In this document: piece after piece, positions 27,301-32,000 of the stretch
How positions within the stretch are numbered: position 1 is the stretch's first letter
Layout: every line of letters starts with the position of its first letter
Source: an uncultured Bacillota bacterium
GTDB taxonomy: Bacteria > Bacillota > DTU025 > MWDF01
Assembly (NCBI GenBank): GCA_963823655.1
Contig: CAWGMK010000010.1
Coordinates: forward strand, 425,755-457,754
Length of the DNA stretch: 32,000 nucleotides
Direction: 5' to 3'
The notes under the pieces: generated by a model
The model's database searches: none
Told to the model about the DNA's origin: nothing
The model's input: only the letters and a program-made list of their open reading frames with translations
Position numbers and translations under genes: made by a program

Positions 27301-27968
27301 ATCGCTGAAGCTCTACGGCGGACGTGAGTCCGACATAGTGATAGGCGGCATATGGAACGTACCCGTACCGGATGCCGACGGACTGTGCTATGCAGGAGCT
27401 GACCTCAAGCTGAAGCTTTACATCTTCAACGCGGGCTTCTCCTACTACACAGAGACCTACGACATAGCGGGTGTCTTTGCCGGAATAATACAACAAGTAC
27501 ACTGCATACCTCAACACGGAGCTCTCCCTCATACCCGACATCCTGAAGGCTAAGGCCGGATGGAAGGGCGTGTTCGGTGACTTCACAGGCAACTACCAGG
27601 AGCTCTACGGCGAGTTGAACCTCACCACCGGCTTCGCGGTCAAGTGGAACCTGGCAGCCAACCTGGGCGTGTACTTCAAGACCACAACGATGTTCAAGGT
27701 CTATGGCGATGCCAAGCTTACCTACAACCTGTCCAACACCGCCAGCCTCTACGCAATGGCAGCCGGCGAGTACAGGAACAGCGTAAGCGCAGCCAAGCCT
27801 GATGGCTTCGTGCTGTCAGCAGGCCTGGGCTACAACCAGAAGATCTTCAACGCTACGAGCCTTGTCGCAGACTTCACCACCAAGTACGTCAAGTACACCT
27901 ACAACCCCGGTGGATACGCCGACAACCTCGTGAACACGCTTGGCATAAAGCTGAGCACCACGTTCTAA
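24346..27968 (+). CDS. SLH-domain, coiled-coil, beta-barrel outer-membrane protein (OmpM/SlpA-like), split by two apparent frame disruptions (about 25357-25360 and 27480-27495)
   Basis: Signal peptide then SLH motif 'YTDLPDTHWALSAVYELSALGIFEGYPDGTFKGPQPATRYELAVVIARLL'; long coiled coil; porin-like region after 'LSGSFEVKFTDVAVVMGLPYK'; C-terminus 'VNTLGIKLSTTF' ending in Phe. ORFs 24346-25440, 25373-27553 and 27570-27968 are segments of one protein. Confidence 0.87.
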
Positions 27969-27982
27969 GCTAAAACCGGACT

Positions 27983-28022
27983 AGCCCCGAGGAGCATTGA
28001 TTTGCTCCCCGGGGCTTTTTTC
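27983..28022 (+). terminator. Rho-independent terminator after the SLH protein gene
   Basis: agccccgaggagca (27983-27996) pairs with tgctccccggggct (28003-28016) with one mismatch, followed by ttttttcttt. Confidence 0.9.
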
Positions 28023-28074
28023 TTTCTCCTGTCTCCGGGTTGTATAATATAAGCTGATACCGGAGGAAAACGTC

Positions 28075-28506
28075 ATGAGATTCGTTATTGGAGTAGACCC
28101 CGGCAAGAACAAGGTCGGCGTTGCGCTTTTAGACGCGGATGGCAGGCTCATCGAAAGGCGCCTTTTGTCGCGCTTTACAGCCGCAAAGCAGATCGCTGAG
28201 CTTGCATCAGGAAGAGAATCGGTCATCGCGCTGGGCGACGGGACTACGGCAGGCAGGATGGCCGCCGAAATCCAAGAAGCGCTCGGGAGCGACATTGACG
28301 ATATAATTGTCATGGTGGACGAGGACAACTCCACTGTGGAGGGCAGAAGGAACTACCTTTTAGCAAACAGGCCCAGAGGTTTGGCAAGGCTTCTCCCTTT
28401 GGGGATGAGATCACCTGAAAGGCCTTGGGATGATTATGTAGCCGAGGTCATCGGCAGAAGATACCTGGATTCGAGGAGCGGCTCTGCCGATATAAAGGAA
28501 AACTGA
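28075..28506 (+). CDS. YqgF/RuvX-like RNase H-fold (RuvC-like) protein
   Basis: 'MRFVIGVDPGKNKVGVALLDADGRLIERR', 'IALGDGTTAGRM', 'VMVDEDNSTVEGRRNYL', C-terminal 'PWDDYVAEVIGRRYL'. Confidence 0.75.
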   Translation: MRFVIGVDPGKNKVGVALLDADGRLIERRLLSRFTAAKQIAELASGRESVIALGDGTTAGRMAAEIQEALGSDIDDIIVMVDEDNSTVEGRRNYLLANRPRGLARLLPLGMRSPERPWDDYVAEVIGRRYLDSRSGSADIKEN

Positions 28507-28564
28507 GCCATATATAGAATATAAAACTATTGAAAGACCGAAGGTGTAAGGAGGTGACGCGAGC

Positions 28565-29896
28565 ATGCAGGCCATACGCAGCAAATCCCCGATTCTCCTA
28601 TTCGCTTTGATATTGCTGCTCGCGTTGCCGATTGCTGCCGCGGCCGAGCCCGAAGTGCTGAAATCCGACGATTGGAGATACAGGGCCCTTGCCGAGCTTG
28701 CAACCCATAGCGTGCTTGATGAGAAAGACGCCCCGTACTACCTGACTAAGATACCTATCAACCTGGACTTCGCAGTGGCATCCGTCGAGAGGGCGCTAAT
28801 CAAGCTAGGGCTGAAGGACATAGATTTTACAAACGCGGCATCCCTGGACCTGAGCCTTTACGGCACATCGGTTCAGAAACTTGCGCCGCGCGATTCCTGG
28901 CTTCTTAACGATCTTACGAAGGAGTTTGCAACGCAGCTTGCCACAAGGGGCATTGTGGGCAAGGCCTCGCCTGTTCAAGCACAAGCCGGGGACACTGCAG
29001 CAGCAGCCCTTCCCGTATCCGATGCACAAGCTTCGCCGGAGCCGCCCGCCGCGCAGCAGGGCCCGGTCGTCCTTTCGCTTACAGATGTGCTGAAGAAGAT
29101 AAATATGCCCTCTGCGCTGTCGCAATCGTCCCTTACGATGAAGCCGCAGGACAATACGATACCTCAGGTGGCTACGGGCATGGAGCCGCTTCAGGTAGGA
29201 AGCATCAATCCTGACACGTCCAAGGTAGTCAGCCTTTTCGATGTTCTGAATGTCAACGCCTCGCTGTTTGCGGACGATTCCACCGTAAACGGCAAATCAA
29301 GCGCCGGCATAGGCCTCAAATTGGGCGATGACCAGGGCGGGGGCCTGACTTTAGATTATAAGATGGTTGGAGGCAAGGACGAGGCTTCAAACCTCACCGA
29401 CCTTTCCGCCATAACCGGAGTGGGCGTCAAGTACCAGGTGAACAGCATCATGCCCTTTAAGAGCGTGACGGACAGCATTACGATACAAGCGGGTTACAAT
29501 ATCGAAAGCGGAGACCTGAAGGCGGCAGTAGATACCGGAATTGAGCTGCAAGCTTCGGCATCCCTTGGCATATATTACAAGCTGCTTCTCGGCAACGCGG
29601 CCTTCCTTCAGGCAGGATATCAGGTTGAGCAGGTCAGGAACCTGATCGCTTCGGGTGCCCTTTCGACCAAGTCATGGATGTATGACGACAGCTCGCCTTT
29701 AGGCTGGATCTTCAGGGGCTCACTGAGCCTCAACAGCGATGTGGGCGTCAAGCAGCTGGCAGGAATAGACGTCGGGTATAACCTTTTCAAGGACGCCTCT
29801 ATTATGATCGGCTACAGGCTTATAGACTTCTCCGACTTCGACAAGCTGGATCTAAAGAAGAACCTGACCGCCCTGGGCATTAGCATCAAGTTCTAA
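28565..29896 (+). CDS. Uncharacterised exported protein, likely outer-membrane beta-barrel
   Basis: Signal peptide MQAIRSKSPILLFALILLLALPIAAAA; 'SDDWRYRALAELATHSVL' N-terminal segment, Pro/Ala-rich linker, alternating-strand C-terminal half ending 'LGISIKF'; strong SD aaggaggtga at 28548-28557. Confidence 0.6.
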   Translation: MQAIRSKSPILLFALILLLALPIAAAAEPEVLKSDDWRYRALAELATHSVLDEKDAPYYLTKIPINLDFAVASVERALIKLGLKDIDFTNAASLDLSLYGTSVQKLAPRDSWLLNDLTKEFATQLATRGIVGKASPVQAQAGDTAAAALPVSDAQASPEPPAAQQGPVVLSLTDVLKKINMPSALSQSSLTMKPQDNTIPQVATGMEPLQVGSINPDTSKVVSLFDVLNVNASLFADDSTVNGKSSAGIGLKLGDDQGGGLTLDYKMVGGKDEASNLTDLSAITGVGVKYQVNSIMPFKSVTDSITIQAGYNIESGDLKAAVDTGIELQASASLGIYYKLLLGNAAFLQAGYQVEQVRNLIASGALSTKSWMYDDSSPLGWIFRGSLSLNSDVGVKQLAGIDVGYNLFKDASIMIGYRLIDFSDFDKLDLKKNLTALGISIKF

Positions 29897-29916
29897 TTAC
29901 TACGGAGAGTGAGCAT

Positions 29917-30852
29917 ATGATGATGAACAGATACGTCCGGGTTCTTGCGATCGCGCTTTTGATAGGGCTTATGGCCTTCGCTTCAACACTTGCCGCCCCG
30001 CCTCCGACTACCACATCGGAGATGCTCGCCATGCTTGAGCGTACGCTGTTCGGCGTGGCAGGGGAGGGCGCGATAACACCGAGGGTACAAAAGATCGAGG
30101 ACGTTGCCCTGGGCAAGCCCGGCGAAGGGACGCTCATAGAGCGCATAGAAAGCCTTTGGAATGAGTTCGGCGGAGGCAGGGAGGGCGTACAGACACTCGA
30201 CTACCAGATCAAGTACTCCCAATGGATAGCAGACGGCAAGGTAAGCCAGGGCACGCTCCTGGATCGGCTGGCCAACCTTGAGACTTTGCTCATGGGTTAT
30301 GTAAGCAAAGACCCTTTAACCTCAAGGATAGACGCAATGATTGCCATCACTGCGGGCGCTACGGGCATTGATTCAACATACGCAAAGCTTGCTGCCGGCA
30401 CTCCGGTCAAGCTTGTGTTAAAAACGCCTCTTAGAACCAATTTCACAAGGCCCGGCGAGAAGGTGGACCTCGAAGTAAGCGAAGATGTGTTCATCGGCGA
30501 CAGGCTGGCAATACCCAAGGGCACCGCGTGGCAGGTTGAAGCGGCGGATCCTACCAAATCGGACAAATTCGACCTTAAAAACCTAGTCGAACTGCTTCTC
30601 AGCCCCATATACGCTATCGACGGCACTCCCGTAAAGCTCATCGCCGACGATAACGCGACCTCAAATACCCAGCTTGCCTCCGGAATACTGATATGCCAGG
30701 GCGAAAGGCCCGAAAGGCTGGGCTTCTTCGGCCTGGGAAATGCTGTGGACAGGCTATTGCCGGGCAGCAAGAACCTGGATATCATAAGAGGTACGGCCAT
30801 AGTCCTGTCGGTAAGGGAAGACGTATCCATCATGTCGGCCAAAGTCAAATAG
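29917..30852 (+). CDS. Uncharacterised exported protein with N-terminal helical region and C-terminal beta-rich domain
   Basis: Signal peptide [29 protein letters not shown]; '[47 protein letters not shown]', then '[45 protein letters not shown]...[10 protein letters not shown]'. Confidence 0.6.
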   Translation: MMMNRYVRVLAIALLIGLMAFASTLAAPPPTTTSEMLAMLERTLFGVAGEGAITPRVQKIEDVALGKPGEGTLIERIESLWNEFGGGREGVQTLDYQIKYSQWIADGKVSQGTLLDRLANLETLLMGYVSKDPLTSRIDAMIAITAGATGIDSTYAKLAAGTPVKLVLKTPLRTNFTRPGEKVDLEVSEDVFIGDRLAIPKGTAWQVEAADPTKSDKFDLKNLVELLLSPIYAIDGTPVKLIADDNATSNTQLASGILICQGERPERLGFFGLGNAVDRLLPGSKNLDIIRGTAIVLSVREDVSIMSAKVK

Positions 30853-30916
30853 CAAAATCCCAAGCTCAATTCAAATTCGCGTCCTTGTAGGCGCGAAAAT
30901 TACAGGAGGTCACCTT

Positions 30917-32000
30917 ATGTCAATAAGGCTGTTTACAAGCAAATCTGTCACCGAGGGGCATCCCGACAAAGTATGTGACAGGATTTCCGATGCGGTTCTG
31001 GACGAGATACTAATCAAGTACGGTGAAGACAAGAGCAGGTTCTTCGCCCGCTCCGCGGTCGAGGCCCTGGCAACAACAGGCATGGTGCTTGTGGCCGGCG
31101 AAATTACATGCGATGTATATGTGGAAATCCCGGAAATAGTAAGAAACGCAGTCAAAGAAATCGGTTACGACGCTCCTGAACAGGGTTTTGACGGCAACAC
31201 CTGCGCGGTGCTAACAACCATACACGAGCAATCGGACAATATCTCCCATGCCGTAAACCGCGGATCGTCCAAGAGAAACCCCTTGTCGGGCCTAAGGGCA
31301 GGCGACCAGGGCATAATGTTCGGCTATGCCACAGACGAGACTGAAGAGCTGATGCCGATGCCGATCATGGTAGCGCACAGGCTCGCCGAAAAGCTTGCGC
31401 AAGTAAGGAAATCGGGCGAGCTGGAATGGGTGAAGCCTGACGGCAAGACACAAGTTACGGTGCAGTATGACGACAAAGGCAGGCCGATAGGGCTTGATAC
31501 GATAATAATCTCAACTATGCATTCGCGAGGCATTAAACACGATGCGATAAAAGACGGGCTCTTCAACAAGGTGATTTTGCCTGTAGCTAAAGCCTACGGT
31601 TTCAGCTTCTCCGGCAACGCCTGCCTTGATTGCGAGCAGGGCGAATACTTCAAGGTCAAGTTCGACGGCTGCAAGAGCCATACTAAGGTCTTCATAAACC
31701 CCAGCGGCCTTTTCGAGCTGGGCGGCCCCAACGCGGACACCGGACTTACAGGCAGGAAGATAATCGTGGATACCTATGGCGGCATGGCCAACCACGGCGG
31801 CGGATGCTTCTCGGGCAAGGACGCCACGAAAGTGGACAGGTCGGGCAATTACGCTGCTCGGTATGTGGCGAAGAACGTCGTAAAGGCGGGCCTTGCCAGA
31901 AAATGCGAACTTGAGCTCGCCTACGCCATCGGAGTCGAGCGCCCGGTAGCGGTGAGCATCGATACATTCGGAACGAGCGTCATCCCCGAAAAGCAGATCA
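30917..32000 (+). CDS. metK: S-adenosylmethionine synthetase, 3'-truncated at the window edge (not in the ORF track)
   Basis: Translated directly: '[32 protein letters not shown]', '[24 protein letters not shown]', '[15 protein letters not shown]', '[52 protein letters not shown]'. Open to the last base; RBS aggaggt. Confidence 0.96.
   Translation, partial: MSIRLFTSKSVTEGHPDKVCDRISDAVLDEILIKYGEDKSRFFARSAVEALATTGMVLVAGEITCDVYVEIPEIVRNAVKEIGYDAPEQGFDGNTCAVLTTIHEQSDNISHAVNRGSSKRNPLSGLRAGDQGIMFGYATDETEELMPMPIMVAHRLAEKLAQVRKSGELEWVKPDGKTQVTVQYDDKGRPIGLDTIIISTMHSRGIKHDAIKDGLFNKVILPVAKAYGFSFSGNACLDCEQGEYFKVKFDGCKSHTKVFINPSGLFELGGPNADTGLTGRKIIVDTYGGMANHGGGCFSGKDATKVDRSGNYAARYVAKNVVKAGLARKCELELAYAIGVERPVAVSIDTFGTSVIPEKQI

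Noticed and set aside
26648-27592. 314-aa minus-strand ORF
   Set aside because: Lies wholly opposite the SLH porin coding region; composition and lack of recognisable domain fit a shadow ORF in a GC-rich gene.
30853-30916. SAM riboswitch before metK
   Set aside because: The gap is only 64 nt and contains just a small hairpin (ttcgcg 30876-30881 / cgcgaa 30892-30897) and the RBS; too short for known SAM riboswitch classes.
1-32000. CRISPR array, defence island, prophage or transposon
   Set aside because: No direct repeats with regular unique spacers, no cas, integrase, transposase or toxin-antitoxin-like proteins were seen; the region reads as core chromosomal.

Overview
This 32 kb window is almost entirely coding on the + strand. 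The left half is a conserved housekeeping block: SAM-dependent rRNA methyltransferase, rpmE, tdk, a YqhQ/DUF1385 protein, prfA, prmC, tsaC/sua5, an rpiB-upp fusion, dCMP deaminase, wecA/tagO, wecB/mnaA and murA. The right half is an outer-membrane biogenesis block: SpoIVB/S55-like secreted protein, bamA, skp/ompH, lptF joined to lptD, lptC, lptA, lptB, a DUF3084 protein, a large SLH-domain coiled-coil outer-membrane protein, a YqgF/RuvC-like protein, two uncharacterised exported proteins and a truncated metK. The organism looks like a diderm with SLH-tethered outer membrane and Firmicutes-like gene order. The observations I would follow up first are: (1) an in-frame LptF permease-LptD fusion in which the LptD signal peptide sits internally; (2) an RpiB-uracil phosphoribosyltransferase fusion; (3) about seven apparent +1/-1 frame disruptions in only four genes, two of them at the same local sequence (TAAAGG) in one gene; (4) a long structured leader with mutually exclusive pairings upstream of the SLH outer-membrane protein; (5) an S55-like secreted protein between murA and bamA; (6) an uncharacterised two-gene envelope module before metK. 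I see no clear defence system, CRISPR array, mobile element, tRNA or rRNA. Frame disruptions may be sequencing or assembly errors, and that caveat applies to several findings.
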